Shown piece after piece: positions 39,301 through 50,700 of a DNA stretch of 64,000 nucleotides. Position 1 is the first letter of the stretch; every line of letters starts with the position of its first letter. Both the position numbers and the translations under genes were made by a program. Origin of the DNA: Antedon mediterranea (Eukaryota; Animalia; Echinodermata); contig NC_092671.1 of the NCBI RefSeq assembly GCF_964355755.1, positions 13,888,001 to 13,952,000 of the forward strand, given 5' to 3'. The notes below the pieces were generated by a model. It was not told where the DNA came from and did no database searches. It worked only from the letters and a program-made list of their open reading frames with translations.

Positions 39301-39646
39301 TACCGGTCGTATCTTAAGTATTATTTCAGAGAAAAAATTAAACGTGATCAAAGCTGCATAGAGATGTATTCTCTAGTGCAATTAGATAATAATTAAATGA
39401 AATCCTGATTAAACCGTCTTCTTAACGAATACGTCCGCATTCAATGATACAATTAATATTTTTCTTAATTCAATACGAAAATGCGTGATGCTGTCACACT
39501 GTAACATTTTCACATAAACGACCGGATCCTGCCCATCTTGATCTAATACAACGTCTATAAATAATATAATAATAACAATATACATTCATATTTCTTACCT
39601 TCTTGATTATAGACGTCGGTCGTGTTGGTTTTCTAGTTTCAGCCAT
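1518..39646 (-). CDS. SLC4A10-like: Na+-coupled bicarbonate transporter, SLC4 family (SLC4A7/8/10, NDCBE/NBCn-like), 22 coding exons, about 1191 aa
   Basis: Exons in transcript order: 39599-39646, 33475-33559, 31436-31612, 28535-28706, 23068-23228, 22604-22816, 21582-21718, 17805-18053, 17334-17427, 16745-16904, 16341-16515, 15030-15163, 14608-14820, 14128-14371, 13275-13388, 12742-12906, 12092-12343, 11925-11993, 11579-11752, 11190-11363, 3285-3487, 1518-1680. All GT-AG, phases join into a 3576-nt ORF. SLC4 motifs: [96 protein letters not shown] (Na+-site Asp), [29 protein letters not shown]-terminal ETTI. First exon and the 11190 donor are the least certain. Confidence 0.95.
1800..2085 (+). 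mobile_element. Interspersed repeat with internal tRNA-derived module (copy 1), B-box amplified 4x
   Basis: A-box-like TGGTCTAATAGTTAGG from 1855; 19-bp unit CCGGGATCGAATCTCGGTT x4 (1903-1978); homologous to 43715-43937 (minus) and 59168-59222. Confidence 0.75.
3547..3713. mobile_element. hAT-type MITE (167 bp)
   Basis: Perfect 12-bp TIR CAGTGGCGTAAC...GTTACGCCACTG and perfect 8-bp TSD TACACAGC (3539-3546, 3714-3721). Confidence 0.85.
3855..3990 (-). mobile_element. Degenerate SINE central domain (Nin/Deu-like)
   Basis: CCTACTCTTCTGAAAGATGCACTGGTTTCTTTCAAGTGCAC..ACCTCCAGTTTAAGTCATTATCCGGG; opposite-orientation relative at 30900-30980 (GATAAGGACTTAAAACTAGAGGTCC..AAGAACCCA). Domain name from memory only. 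Confidence 0.45.
9365..9630. repeat. Degenerate tandem repeat of about 55 bp
   Basis: Recurrent TACTAGCTAGGTTAG..AGGGGCTTATGTAAATAATT motif. Confidence 0.55.
13450..13725. repeat. Degenerate AT-rich tandem repeat of about 21 bp
   Basis: Recurrent ATAAACATT(C)TTAATT(AT)GTT units. Confidence 0.8.
13917..13988 (+). pseudogene. tRNA-like sequence (AGT anticodon; pseudo-tRNA or SINE head)
   Basis: TGGTCTAGAGG A box, CCAGG-CTAGTGA-TCTGG anticodon arm, GGGTTCGAGTCCC T arm; acceptor stem only about 5 bp. Confidence 0.5.
14411..14514. mobile_element. PIF/Harbinger-like MITE, shorter copy of the 19298-19461 family
   Basis: AGATCTGTCTACACTATCAAA...TTTGATGGTGTAGCCAGAGT; shares internal ATATATGG and CATCACA motifs. 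Confidence 0.65.
17035..17290 (-). mobile_element. Old tRNA-SINE with CORE-like central domain
   Basis: GTACCCATTTACACCTGGTTGGAGAG...TTGGCCAAGGACAC, shared with 33213-33285. Confidence 0.55.
18308..18347. repeat. (TA)n microsatellite
   Basis: About 20 TA units. Confidence 0.97.
18809..18844 (-). CDS. Candidate 36-nt cassette exon of the SLC4 gene ([12 protein letters not shown])
   Basis: ctaag|ATAAATAAAACAAAAAGAGAAATTGAGATATTCAAG|gtaagt: consensus donor, phase 0-0, no stop, lies between exon 21582-21718 and the HFMKKIP exon. Confidence 0.5.
19298..19461. mobile_element. PIF/Harbinger-like MITE
   Basis: TIR AGATCTGTCTACA...TGTAGACAGAGCT, TAA on both sides; second copy at 14411-14514. Confidence 0.75.
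19758..19922. mobile_element. Small degenerate MITE, possibly Tc1/mariner-type
   Basis: TATATGACCAAGTAT ... ATACTTGGTCATATA inverted termini. Confidence 0.45.
22330..22601. repeat. Direct duplication of about 120 bp (period about 156 bp)
   Basis: TTGTTCTTCAATAGTGAAGAATCATAGTTTTTAACAA...TTAGCTTAGGGTG at 22330 and 22486. Confidence 0.9.
25698..26059. mobile_element. PIF/Harbinger-like MITE (about 360 bp)
   Basis: Imperfect TIR of about 38 bp (GGG...GGAGTTATGCTTTCGTAT vs ATACTAAAGCATAACTC...CCC), TTA/TAA flanks, CpG-rich relative to the surrounding intron. Confidence 0.65.
28200..28328. repeat. 26-bp minisatellite, about 5 copies
   Basis: Unit TGTACAAGAGTGTCCAGTTTTGTGCC. Confidence 0.93.
30211..30345 (+). 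pseudogene. Relic PHD-finger coding fragment
   Basis: [25 protein letters not shown]...YCSSEC matches ING-type PHD spacing but lacks the Cys after WFH and the following segment. Confidence 0.5.
32890..33184. repeat. 33-bp minisatellite, about 9 copies
   Basis: Unit GAGATGACACAGGGCTGTGAGAGATGGGCTATT, near-perfect head-to-tail, no spacers. Confidence 0.97.
33200..33362 (-). mobile_element. Old tRNA-SINE with CORE-like central domain (second copy)
   Basis: GGGTACCCATTTATACACCTGGGTGGAGA...CTTGCCTAAAGGATAC...GGTTTCAAACTCACGATC. Confidence 0.55.
34808..35170 (-). mobile_element. Non-LTR retrotransposon 3' fragment
   Basis: [50 protein letters not shown] resembles an ORF2 C-terminus; followed by 3' UTR and (GAAT)n tail near 34810-34830. 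Confidence 0.6.
35499..35513 (-). CDS. Candidate alternative first coding exon of the SLC4 gene (MVKKK)
   Basis: accATGGTCAAGAAAAAG|gtaatt: good start context, phase-0 donor compatible with the phase-0 acceptor at 33559. Confidence 0.4.
37078..37964. mobile_element. Non-autonomous DNA transposon with GC-rich subterminal repeats
   Basis: GATCACTCCGGCCGC at left and GCGGCCGGAGTGATC at right; the (A)CTCCGGCCGC motif occurs about 3x left and 2x right; inner TATGGAGCGCCCA/TGGGCGCTCCATA inverted pair; AT-rich core; flanking duplication GATTTAT(G) at 37071 and 37965. Confidence 0.8.
38137..38230 (-). other. Candidate alternative non-coding 5' exon of the SLC4 gene
   Basis: CpG-containing, GC-elevated segment ending in CAAG|gtaaac donor; its ATG (38202-38204) is out of frame with exon 33475-33559, which has its own Met (GAT ATG GAA). 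5' boundary approximate. Confidence 0.3.
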
Positions 39647-41576
39647 TTTCAACCGATTCAACAGTATAATATACTTAGTGCTAATATACAGTTAAGTGCC
39701 AGATTCATCCGTAGAAAATGAAGTCGGATTTTTGCTAATCAACATCTAACATTAACATAACGTCTTCGATGAAAATATCATGCACTGCATTGGTTGCATA
39801 CTGACATGGCTTCTAACATGATTTATAATCTGCTATCCCCGATGGCGGTCTTTTGAATACACTTTGGTGGTCGTCAAGATTTAATAAGATACAAAGTATG
39901 ATATTCATGGTCAATTGTGTTTCTCTAAAGCAATCACCGCGCCTACTTATGCAGCTTTATCTCCAAAGTGTTTAAATACATTTTCAGATAACGCATATAG
40001 CAAACCAGGCTAAATAAATGCATTTCATTTTCATAAAACATGTGGAAAGAAATCGGTGTTTGCTAATATTCAAATAGGCTAAACGTGGCCTTGCCTTATA
40101 CTATAGTGCAAACAAAAGTCCTGGCGGTTTTCTGGTGAAGAGTATAGGGAAACTTAGGCCTTATACCATGTTTAGGCCTATATTGTACTTTGGGATGGAT
40201 AATTCGGGGTAGGCCTACTCAAACAAGGACGGCAACCCAAAATACTTCCATGAGAACAGAATCATTAGGTCCTATATGACACCATTTCATGTTAATCGGC
40301 CTAAAGTTAGATTTCCATTGATTGAGCATTCAAAGAAATTACATTTTTCTAAGCTCTGATGTTTCCAATTTGGACCAGAGAAGGACCGTTTTCTTTTTAG
40401 TAGCATTTTATTTTCCAAACATGAAATAATTGTACAGTATCTAAAGTATGGTATGCGTGGTCTATTTATGTGATGGCGCTGTGCTACTCTTCGTTTTATT
40501 TGTGATTACGTAATGCATGTATAACGTTATAATACGATTTTTGATTCAGGTACACTCGTCGTAACATGTCATCGTAATGACGTGCGAATTATCTGTGAAC
40601 TGCATATACATGGCGTTAAACTGGGAGCGCTTTCATAATTATATGGATAAAGTAGGTCTATACAGACAAAAAAAAGAATTGAAAATGTATTCAGACTTTT
40701 TCATGTGATGTCACTTTAAAGAACAAGGTAGAAGACAACTAAAACAACAGTTAAGCAAATCATTATCAACTTTATTGGTTATTATACAGCACATTGTTAT
40801 TGTGCACAATATTAAAGGTTAGGCCTATTTAGTTTGATATATAATTAGTTAATTTACCATATTTACTAATTCATTCTGACTAATTAATATTCAAATGTAG
40901 AAATTTCTTTTTAAAAGACCGACATTTACGATTCCACCTGAGATAAGAACTAGCATGTCAAAATGGTATAATAGAATAACAATAATAATAATAATATCCT
41001 TAAGTTAGTAAGTACATTTATGGTCATTTTTAAATATATATAAAAACATTTACATTGAAATTAATTGAACATTAAATCTCAATATTCATTTGTAGATATA
41101 CTTAAATTTAACTTTTTTCTAAAACAAGTAGCCTAATACATGATTTAAGTGCAATATATAATATAGATTTTTCTTCTAAACTGATGTTATCAATTTAAAT
41201 GCCTTTACTTTCAAAATATTTTTAATTCTGTATTCCACTTGCTTTGTAAGAGCTTTGCGGTCAATCTGAAAAAAAAACCCGCATACATTACACAGTTACT
41301 GACATTGTACATAATTATTCATATTCTCATCGCAATAATATTGGATGATGAATGTTAGTAAGCCTACCTTTCTAACATCAGTTGTCGTAAAATGATCGAC
41401 TATTAGAACATAACCAGGTAAGTTTGCGTCTCGAACCTGAAAACAAACAAAATTTGCACCTTAAACATTACCGTAATTAATTTCCTTTTTTCGTTTTCTA
41501 TAGATTGTTCGGCGCTTATAGAGGCGCTCTGCATTTTGCGCTGTATAAAATAAATCATAAAGCGTCGGCAGAACTT

Positions 41577-41740
41577 TAAGTTGTGTTGCTTAAAATTTGG
41601 AAAACACATCAATACCAGGAAAAGGTTTCTTGAAACTAATATTACTAACCTTTCCACTTTAAGTTGTGTTGCTAAAAATTTGGAAAACACATTAATACCA
41701 GGAAAAAGTTTCTTGGAACTACTGTTACTAACCTTTCCAT
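41577..41740. repeat. 83-bp tandem duplication including a splice donor
   Basis: TAAGTTGTGTTGCT..AAATTTGGAAAACACAT..ACTAACCTTTCCA at 41577 and 41660. Confidence 0.9.
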
Positions 41741-43714
41741 TTAAATAGGCAACAATCTGCTCTCCATCAATAGTTATTTTCTGGTCTGTAATAATAATAT
41801 TAAACGTGTTTACATTGTGTGATACTGTACCTAAATACACGTGTATGTAGGTGCAGCATCAGTCATTCAATAGTTATATTAATAAACTAATACAAATTTG
41901 TGCCGGGGTGTAATAGCTGGAAAAACATATACACATTTCGGGTGGGTGGTAAGCATTTTTTAACAAAACGAAAGAATCTGATACGTCTCGTCGAAAACAA
42001 ACCTTATACATATGCAAACCTCCATTCCAAGATGTTCATCTGGCACTCCAATTACCTGTGGACAACACATACACTGGATAGTTTTGCCAATTTCAATGTT
42101 TTTTAGAACTTAAAATGTCGTCACAGAGTGTCGCCGTCAGCCGAAAAAATCAAATCAACATTATTCATTCCACAACCAGGTAAAAAATCTTTAAGACTGT
42201 ATTAAATGTCAGTATTAAAATTTCAATTTCTGATTACTAGTACAATTCACAAAAATATCATATAGATAACAAGTATAAGTACGATTTGTTGTTAAATATA
42301 TGTCATTTGTAATAATAATAAAAATAATATAATAAAAATAACTACAAATATCTCACCTGAACTTGGTTTATTGAAAGATGTTGTGAAAGAATATTTTCCA
42401 TTGGAGCTGGGAACACCTTAGCCTCGCCTTTATTTATCAATTCCTATACACATACATATTTATTCAATTTGGATACTGTATAGTAATATTAGATTACTGA
42501 ATGTTTAACAATGGACATTTTTTAACAAAAACTGGGGACTATAGTTATGGACACGTCTTGAACGTCACTTCTCTTCATCTACTAGTGCAACTAATTAGGT
42601 TACACCTCTCACCAACCTGGACTAAATAACAAATTGTCCATTATGTTCAAAATGTCCTTCCCTCTTTCAAACGTGCTACATAATTACTGTGTACTAATTA
42701 AATGTTACAGAAACTAACAAGTTGAAATAATTATACGTAATACCGTTTTTCTACCCCAAAATTACCAGATTTATCAAACACACCAGTTATAGTAGTAATA
42801 ATTTATTTATATAATTATAATGACAAACAAATACCGTAATTGCAACACGAAAAATAAGTAGTCTCAATCACAACATTATACCCACCCCACCCAAAATATA
42901 ATAGTAAACGTAATAATACCCTGTTTTAAACCATCCACGTGGTGCCAAAGCCTCTTTCGTACGTTTCTCGTCATCTAAATATTCCTTGAACATACCAGCA
43001 GAACGACACCACACCTCACCCACATTGCCAAGTGGTACACATATACCCTCATCATTAACAACTTTGATCTACAATAAAGATATTTACTAATCGGTTCACA
43101 TTTAGTATAAATCTAGAGATATAGAGATGCATTAATTACAGCCTATATAACAATTAATATAAAAGGTCTAAATTACTTCAACATTTGCAAACGGGTTGCT
43201 CGGCAAATGGCGGAACTTCAACGAATCCCATGGTATCGAAGTTGTTAAGAACATTGCCTCTGTCGATCCATATGTCATCTACAAAAAAAAAACATATTAC
43301 ATATAGGCCTATAGATTATTTAGATCGACATGTCATTGTTGCGCGATACCTGACGACACATCTTAATTTCAGTAAAGAATATTTGCAGGTGAATGTACAA
43401 TTTCTTACTATTACTTGGCAGTTAGATTTTCTTTCAAAGTTCTCCATCAGATCTACCGGTATACTCGATCCTCCAGTACTACCTGATAAGAACAAAACAA
43501 CAATCAAAATGAGGATAGTCTATGTATTTTTCGTGCATAAAACATTATACTGGATATTTCATGTTATGTTTTCCAGTGGAAATGCTGTAACTAAAATATC
43601 AATGTTGTTAAATCGCCTCCGTTTCCCTTTTATTCCACATTGTTTATTTGCAGAGAAGTATTACTTTAAATTTTACGAAAGTAATTAAATACAAACTATT
43701 TATATATATATATA

Positions 43715-43933
43715 AACACAACAAGCATAGAAATAAATTCCAAACCACCCGGTGATACACTGAAAATTATTTAATTAATTTTTGAAACGATAAAGATGAG
43801 GAAATCTGTGAGAATGAGAAAAAGTCGCCCCAACCGAGACTCGAACTCGGACCGTCTGCTTGATATGCAGTTGCCCTAACCATTAGACCACTGAGGCTTT
43901 CATGGTATTGTTCTTTAACTCGATCGGATAACG

Positions 43934-43937
<4 letters not shown>
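43715..43937 (-). mobile_element. Interspersed repeat with internal tRNA-derived module (copy 2)
   Basis: Reverse complement reads GTCGTTATCCGATCGAG..AACAATACCATGAAAGCCTCAGTGGTCTAATGGTTAGGGC..GAGTTCGAGTCTCGGTTGGGCGACTTTTTCTCATTCTCACAGATTTCC; flanked by (TA)n on both sides; absent from the paralogous intron of copy B. Confidence 0.8.

Positions 43938-44028
<91 letters not shown>
43938..44028. repeat. (TA)n microsatellite
   Basis: About 45 uninterrupted TA units. Confidence 0.98.
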
Positions 44029-44031
<3 letters not shown>

Positions 44032-46847
44032 TGATACTAACACACAGTGAGCGAGCTTAAGTCGTATTTGCCAATTTCTTGGTAGTTCACAAAATGGTAA
44101 AAGTCGTTAATCAGAAAGAGTAGATCAGTGCACCTATGGTAAAGAATATAATAGTAAACGTATTGATTTAAAAATCAAAACAAATAGAGACATGGCAAAT
44201 CATTCTTCTCTGCCTTATAATAATAACATGTTAAGGTTGAATGTGTACAGTGTAGGCTTAATAATCAGCAATTTGAAATGTTTAACAGTAATTATTATAT
44301 AATTATAATGTAAATTTTGAGATACAGGTAGGCCTACTGTCTTCTTATATCGTTCTTGTAATGTTAAATTTCTTATTATATCTTATGTATGTTGTACAGT
44401 TGCTTAAGTTGGGGATAATAACATTTGAATGAATGAATGAGTAGACCTTAGTAAACCAAAGGGTCATTTTTTTCAATTTACATTAAAACAATGAACGTCA
44501 TCGAAAAAGTGAGATATTCTCACCGTTATTAGGCTTTCACATTTATTATGTCGACGTTTATTATGTTTATCAAGTAGGCAGAACAATAATAACATTCTTA
44601 CCGTTCATTTTGAATTGTTTCTAAAGTAGACTGAATGGTATAAGTTGGTGACGCAAGTACTGCAGTTATACCGACCACGAGAGGTGGCATTACCAAGGAT
44701 ACCTCTCCGCTAACGTGTGTAGAATTGCGGCCCAAATATCTGCGATTCTGCGATAATAACAAAAAGTAGTGACTACTATTATTTCTACAGTACCGGTACT
44801 TAAAACCAGTATTACTGTTAGAATTTGGAAGCATCTCTGATACACTCAGGCCATAAATAATTAAGTCAACACTTACTGGTTTGTCCTTCGTTTGGTCAAT
44901 GTAGGATATCAACGCTTTACATCCATTGATAGCACTGAAATGTGTATGGACCACGAGCTTAGGGGGTCCTGTGGAACCCTGTTTAAAATAGAATGTAATA
45001 CAATGTTCAGCGACATTAATGTGCATTTACTGTCTAATTCTACTAAATTGTGTCCTATACTTCCAATGGTATACAAATTATCATTGCAAATAATTTGCAA
45101 ATAGTTTTAATAATGCTAACCATGGTGTTAAGCCTAATAAGCGAGTTACATCAGTAGCATGTCTTACCGATGTACTAAATATATCACAATCATCATCCGG
45201 GTTAACTTCATTTTTTCTTTGGCTGAACATTTCTTTGAATTTAGGTTCAAATCCGATTTTCTCAATCTCATCGAACGAATATGCACTGTTAACAACGAAA
45301 AGAATTATGATTAAACAATGTCAAAGATAGGCCTACAAAATTTAATTTTTTATATAGTAATTTTTTTTATAAATGAAAGGAAAATAATCTAAATGTAATA
45401 AGGCAATAAAGATGGCATGAGGAATAAAAATAGAACATTCAATTTATAGAAAGGAATAAAAAATGTTATATATAAAACAAAATTGGATTTACTATACCAG
45501 TACCTTTTGTTGTCTCCCACGCCAATGATAATACTTGGAAGTCTGAGTATATAATTTGAAACATTACCGTATCACATAATTATAATGAATGATATTTAAC
45601 TTTTTTAAAATTAATAATTATTATGTTCATTAATCTACAATGGTACAATGCTTTGAAACATAAAATATATGATATATGCTGTATTTACCTTATTGTATTG
45701 TCGGAACATTCCTTGATCTCTTCCAACCTACTGACTAAGTCACTTGAATTTCTCCCTATCACAATTACTTTAGAATCAGTCTGTGTAAAACAGTAAAATA
45801 ATCTTTTCAATGTAAAGGCAATACATTTCGTTTAGTCAAATCAACATACCACATAATGTGATACGAATGGTACAGCGAAATTAACTACAATTGCTATTTA
45901 ACTAGGAATTGTGATATATAATTTCAAAATAAATTACACATGATGACAAATAGGCCTACTTACGCGGTGTAAGATGTCTTGTACGCTACTGTTAGTAAAG
46001 GTTGCACGAAGTCGAACCTATCAACAAATATAGAATATTTTTAGTGCTATACCAAAGAAGCCTCATATGCATCCATTCATTTTATTTCAAATATCTTCTA
46101 TCTAAAATATTTAACATTGATTTGATGGACAGATATTGTTTTGTCAATAATAGGTGATGATGATGAAATAAGTAAGTCGTAAATTCTTACAGAAATAAGG
46201 CCAATAGATCTTGCAGCGGCTACGCAAAGTGGAAATTCCATGTGGACGTCTGTCCAAATGGCAAGTCTGTCACCTTTCTTCATGCCAAGAGAGAAAAGTC
46301 CAGCAGCTATGTTTTCAACCTAAATGTCAAGGTGCTTATTTGAGGCAAATCCTTCAAATTAGAACCTTCTAAAACTTGGCACAGTTATGCCTATTGTATC
46401 AAAAAACATAAAATGGAAGGGTTGCCCAAATTTGGTATGGGGAAAGCAGCCATTTTGGATTTTTACGGTATAATGGTATACATGTAATACTATATGCACT
46501 GTTCAAAATCATGTGTATTGTGTTAATACTGGGCTACATAAACAGGTACAGTATGTCTATTCAGAGTCTCAATGTGAATGTTGGTCTAATTACGAACAAC
46601 TGACACGCTTTTGGCTTTTATTTTGAACCCATAAAATACTATCCAAAAGAGAAAGATTCACGACGACCCAATTAATCCTTACACAGAAGAAATTAGTTTC
46701 AATTGGCTTTAGCTCTGGATGTCATATTTAAAAAAAGCACAGGAAATCGAATCGAATCTATTACAGTGAACTTTGAACAAGTTTTAAGGGTTCCCAACAA
46801 AATAATTTTTCTCGAATTAACCCAAAGGCATATTGCGATATAGTCAT

Positions 46848-47462
46848 TTTATTTTATTTTATTTTATTTATTTTATTTTTAAAACCAGAAACAACAGCAG
46901 AAACAAATCCGCCACTTACAGCTTGGTTTAACAGATACAAAACAATTACAACAACTCAGAAACACTTAAATTACGACGAAACAGATAAAGATTGGAATTA
47001 AAAATGTCAATATGGGGATGGGCCTGGACTAAACTATTATAATATAAACTTAATCTACTGATGTAACCACTTTTGAGAACATTGACTCTACAAAAGGGAA
47101 CACAAAGGATACTATTGTTTCTTAAATTACGGGCGGGAACACGAATACCGAAATAGGAGATAAAGTTGCAGTCAAAAATAGAATGAAGACATTTAAAAAG
47201 AAAAATAAGATCATTGTGACATCTACGTAATGAAGGGGGAGATATGGGATATATTTTTTTATCATCACAATTATAAAGATTGTTACATTTAAAAAGATTA
47301 TTCTGATTGTGGTTGTGGCTGATGTAGCGCAAAAATCTAGAATAGAGTCGGTCAAAACGTGAGGCTTGGGTTTTGGAGATTGAATTGTAAATAACAGAAC
47401 AAAAGTCTAAATTAGGTTGGATTAAGGTGATATATAGATAAACTTTGGAAGAACGACCGTTC
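46848..47462 (-). mobile_element. 5'-truncated non-LTR retrotransposon (CR1/L2/Jockey-group ORF2 C-terminus, 3' UTR, (AAAAT)n tail)
   Basis: Reading frame LYITLIQPNLDFCSVIYN..RFLRY..SLRRCHNDLIFLFKCL..VPARNLR..ISRLSLYYN, typical of post-RT ORF2 ends; simple-repeat tail at 46848-46880. Confidence 0.75.
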
Positions 47463-47630
47463 TAGAAACACAAAATACTTTAGGGGTTATTAAAAATAAT
47501 AGTTCTGGACCTATTGGGTATTTTGTAATATCTCAAATGGAATGGTGATCTAGCATCATCACCAACCTAATTATGTAAAAAGCCAAACCAATCCTTTTCA
47601 TTATTATGTTGTTTGTATCTTAAATTAAGA

Positions 47631-48045
47631 AATAATAATAATAATAATAATAATAACACTAATAACAATAATAATAATAATAATAATAACACCACTAATA
47701 ATAATAATAATAATAATAATAATTTAGGTATTTGTATAGCGCCAGAATCAACTAAACCGAAGTAAAAATCAAAGGCGCTTATATTGGATGTTAAAAAGAT
47801 GCGTTTTAAGTTCTTTTTTAAAAATTAAATAGCAATAGAAGTTGAATGAGTAAAATGACGAGGGAGAGAATTCCAAAGAGAAGCAGCAGAGAACATAAAA
47901 GACCTTTGTCCATAAGATTTGGTGTTAATTCTAGAAACAAGTAGTAGGTTTTGATCAGCCGAACGAAGAAAAGCAAGAGGGGTGTAGGTGGGAAGAAGAT
48001 CAAGGATATAAGTAGGTTGTTTAAGATAACTGAATCTAACCCTAT
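47631..48045 (-). mobile_element. L2-clade LINE 3' end with (ATT)n tail
   Basis: Reading frame LRSADQNLLLVSRINTKSYGQRSFMFSAASLWNSLP; terminal AAGCGCC..GGCGCTATACAAAT stem-loop; (AAT)n at 47631-47723. Confidence 0.8.
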
Positions 48046-49788
48046 CACAAATATGTAGGCCTATTTAAGGCAAATGCAGTCGCAGAAGGCCGTGCTTGGT
48101 TTAGTCAGTGCAAAAGTGAAACAATGTTACCAACTGAAGGAAGAAAATGACAAAACAATGCAACAAGCCTATATAATTTCCAAACGTGCCACCCTCTTAC
48201 CTTTTTCGGCAAGTATAAGTGTTCAGACATTGTCTCATGGTAACTTTGACTTAAAACAAACTCGCACCGACCATGACACTCAGTAAATAACTTCAGTTAC
48301 ATTGGAATTACTAGTAATTGGTTTACGGAGTTTTGAGATCGATGAACTTGGTGGAAGAGACATTATATTATTACCTCAGCCTCACCATGGAACTGATGTA
48401 AAAAGTATGAACCTTTAGTTGGCCAGCACTCTAGTTTAGTCACTAAAAATCAGTATCGGACTATCTTCAAAAGGTTTGACTACGGTGAAGAACTTAACGT
48501 TTAAAAAAAAGGATGCGTGTTAACAAATGCCGTTAATGTAAGGCTTATTTCTTGACTTGGTCACATAGATCCCAGGGACGACAACATTTAAAGGAATATA
48601 GACCTGGAAAATGCACTCTTACTTTAATATAATTTTTTCAGAGGATTAAAAATAGCTCCTTGTCGAGTAAACCGGGGTTTCCTTCTTCCTTATTACTCAC
48701 ACTATAGTGTAACCTACAAAGTTTACGTGAGAAGATATAATAAGAATTACATTTCTACAATGTTGTAGGATTAATGATTCCTGTACAAAAGAAGTTTAAA
48801 CAATAGTTCGTGTAATCAAGGTCATTACAACGCCGGCATTGGTTAATTCACCTAATAATAATAATTGTGTTAACAAATTTTAGAAATCTACGCCTTCGGA
48901 TGGTTAAAATTGCACTCATAATCAATATTCAATATTCATTATGGGGTTTTGCATAGAAAATAAGGGGGAACCATCCCTCCTAAAAATATGTGGGGGAGGA
49001 GCTACTGTATTAGTGAATAATCGAACAATATAACCCAGTTATTGTTTATTTTCCTACCATCTCATCCAGATGGACTTTTGGAATGTTTAGCAATTGATTA
49101 GAACATTGGCTCAAACACAACCAGCTTGTTGATAATTATGCAGACCGTTTAATCAAAACTGCTATAGTTGGTGGTATGTTGTCATATGATGTCTGATTTT
49201 TTTAGAAAAAAATAAATTTTCTATGGAATGAACCCCTGAGAATACGACAAAATGACAGTTGGTAGATGACGCTAGATTTAACATTTTCACCAAAAAGCAG
49301 CAACATACCATTAACTGGAGTTTTATCATTTTCCCAGCAAAATTTTGAATTAAGATACAATTAGCAGTTATAATAAAAAAAAGAATGATTTCCCTCTTTC
49401 ACATTATTGCTGTAGTGGTCAAGGTCAACGCGGTAGAAGTTCCCTTGGCTTTGGAAATGAAGACATTTTAAAACTGGACTACGGCATTCTATCCCAACCA
49501 TTATTCTAACTTACCCTATCTTTGAAGTCTTTAAACGTTATTCGCTCTTTATCTTCCACAAACACGTACATTTCTCGATCTGGGTGGTCAGAAACACGTT
49601 TTTCAAGTAACTGATGAGCTGTAAGTCCAATTAGTGGACAACTGTCTTGTGAAATTGCATAGCTTGTATTATTTCTTTCGAGCTCCATTTTCTACCAAAA
49701 AATGTTTATTTCGATGCTTATAAAATAGGCCTACATCAAGTATTTTAAATGCTCAAGCTCGCAGGTACGAGACGAATTATTTGGGAAT

Positions 49789-50026
49789 GGAGTTGTGGCT
49801 TGGTGATTATGATGCTTGGCTACCACTCCAAGGGTCCTGGGTTCAAGTCCCGTCACATGTCAGGACAAAATTACAACTTCACTCCCAAAGACTTGTAATA
49901 AGACTTTGTTTATAGTAGAGCATCTTGTGTATGTTTGTCCTGTGAACCTCTGAGGGGTCCCTAATGATCAGCAATTGCTGGATGGATCACCCTCAATAAA
50001 TATGGTACAAAAAAAAATAAAAAAAT
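49789..50026 (+). mobile_element. tRNA-derived SINE with A-rich tail
   Basis: Head GGAGTTGTGGCTTGGTG (A box), CTTGG/CCAAG stem, GGGTTCAAGTCCC (B box), body, AATAAA and A-rich tail. Confidence 0.75.
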
Positions 50027-50267
50027 TAACATACGCAAATTTAATGGCTGAGTAAAGAAGACCATGATTTTTAACCTTTTTTATTTTATGAAACTTTAAA
50101 TTATTTCAGAACATAGCAATTTTAACCTTGATCAGAAAAAACATTGAAGACTAATACACTTACTTTGTTTAATGTATACGATTACCGATAGGATTTACCA
50201 GTATAAGACCGATTGTTGTTGAGTAAAACTAAGATGACTGACAGTATACGTGCCAGTCGGAAAACCA

Positions 50268-50700
50268 TTTATTTCATTTTCATTTATTTCGTCAAGACAT
50301 AAACATAACAAACAAGCAAAAACCAGAAATCCGTGACGGTGACGGGATTAAACAGAAGCAAACTGAATTGCTGTATACATTTTCACGACCGTCACGGGTG
50401 ACAAAAAAGACAATTAAGATCATTAGTCATATACATATAGGAAAACGAAGATATGTAATAAAAATCTACCCACTCACTTTAAACAAAATACACAAAAACA
50501 TGCTGCTTTTACTTACAATCAAAGATTTATTAGGCGATTCACACTAGACGGACTATCAGTCCTATTGTCAAGGATTCAAATTTATCTTTTCAGACAATTT
50601 TATCTCAAAACTAACTCCAAACTTTGAACAATGGTATCTGTTCCATGATTTTAAGAGCATTAAAGGAACAAATGGATTACTCGCAAATCAAATTTACCAT
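50268..50700 (-). mobile_element. Probable decayed LINE 3' end
   Basis: (ATTTC)n-type tail at 50268-50290 and CCGTGACGGT...ACCGTCACGG hairpin (50332-50397). Confidence 0.35.

Larger units (their letters stand above)
41176..49688 (-). pseudogene. ACSF2-like: ACSF2-like acyl-CoA synthetase copy A: 3'-disrupted tandem paralog (pseudogene or truncated gene)
   Basis: Intact exons 49515-49688, 46191-46319, 45964-46017, 45689-45780, 45504-45542, 45168-45285, 44877-44978, 44602-44747, 44042-44133, 43409-43482, 43177-43278, 42920-43068. Exon-13 relic 42744-42785 lacks the AG acceptor and the Asp codon of TGD and has a 7-nt deletion versus copy B. 42357-42443 and 42003-42055 are open. Exon 16 (41733-41785) has a 5-nt deletion giving a TGA. 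41368-41436 and 41176-41265 are open. Confidence 0.85.

Noticed and set aside
43185-43688. 167-aa plus-strand ORF (and similar + ORFs at 1541, 3306, 11645, 12608, 54452, 57345)
   Set aside because: Antisense shadows of minus-strand exons with no recognisable domain.
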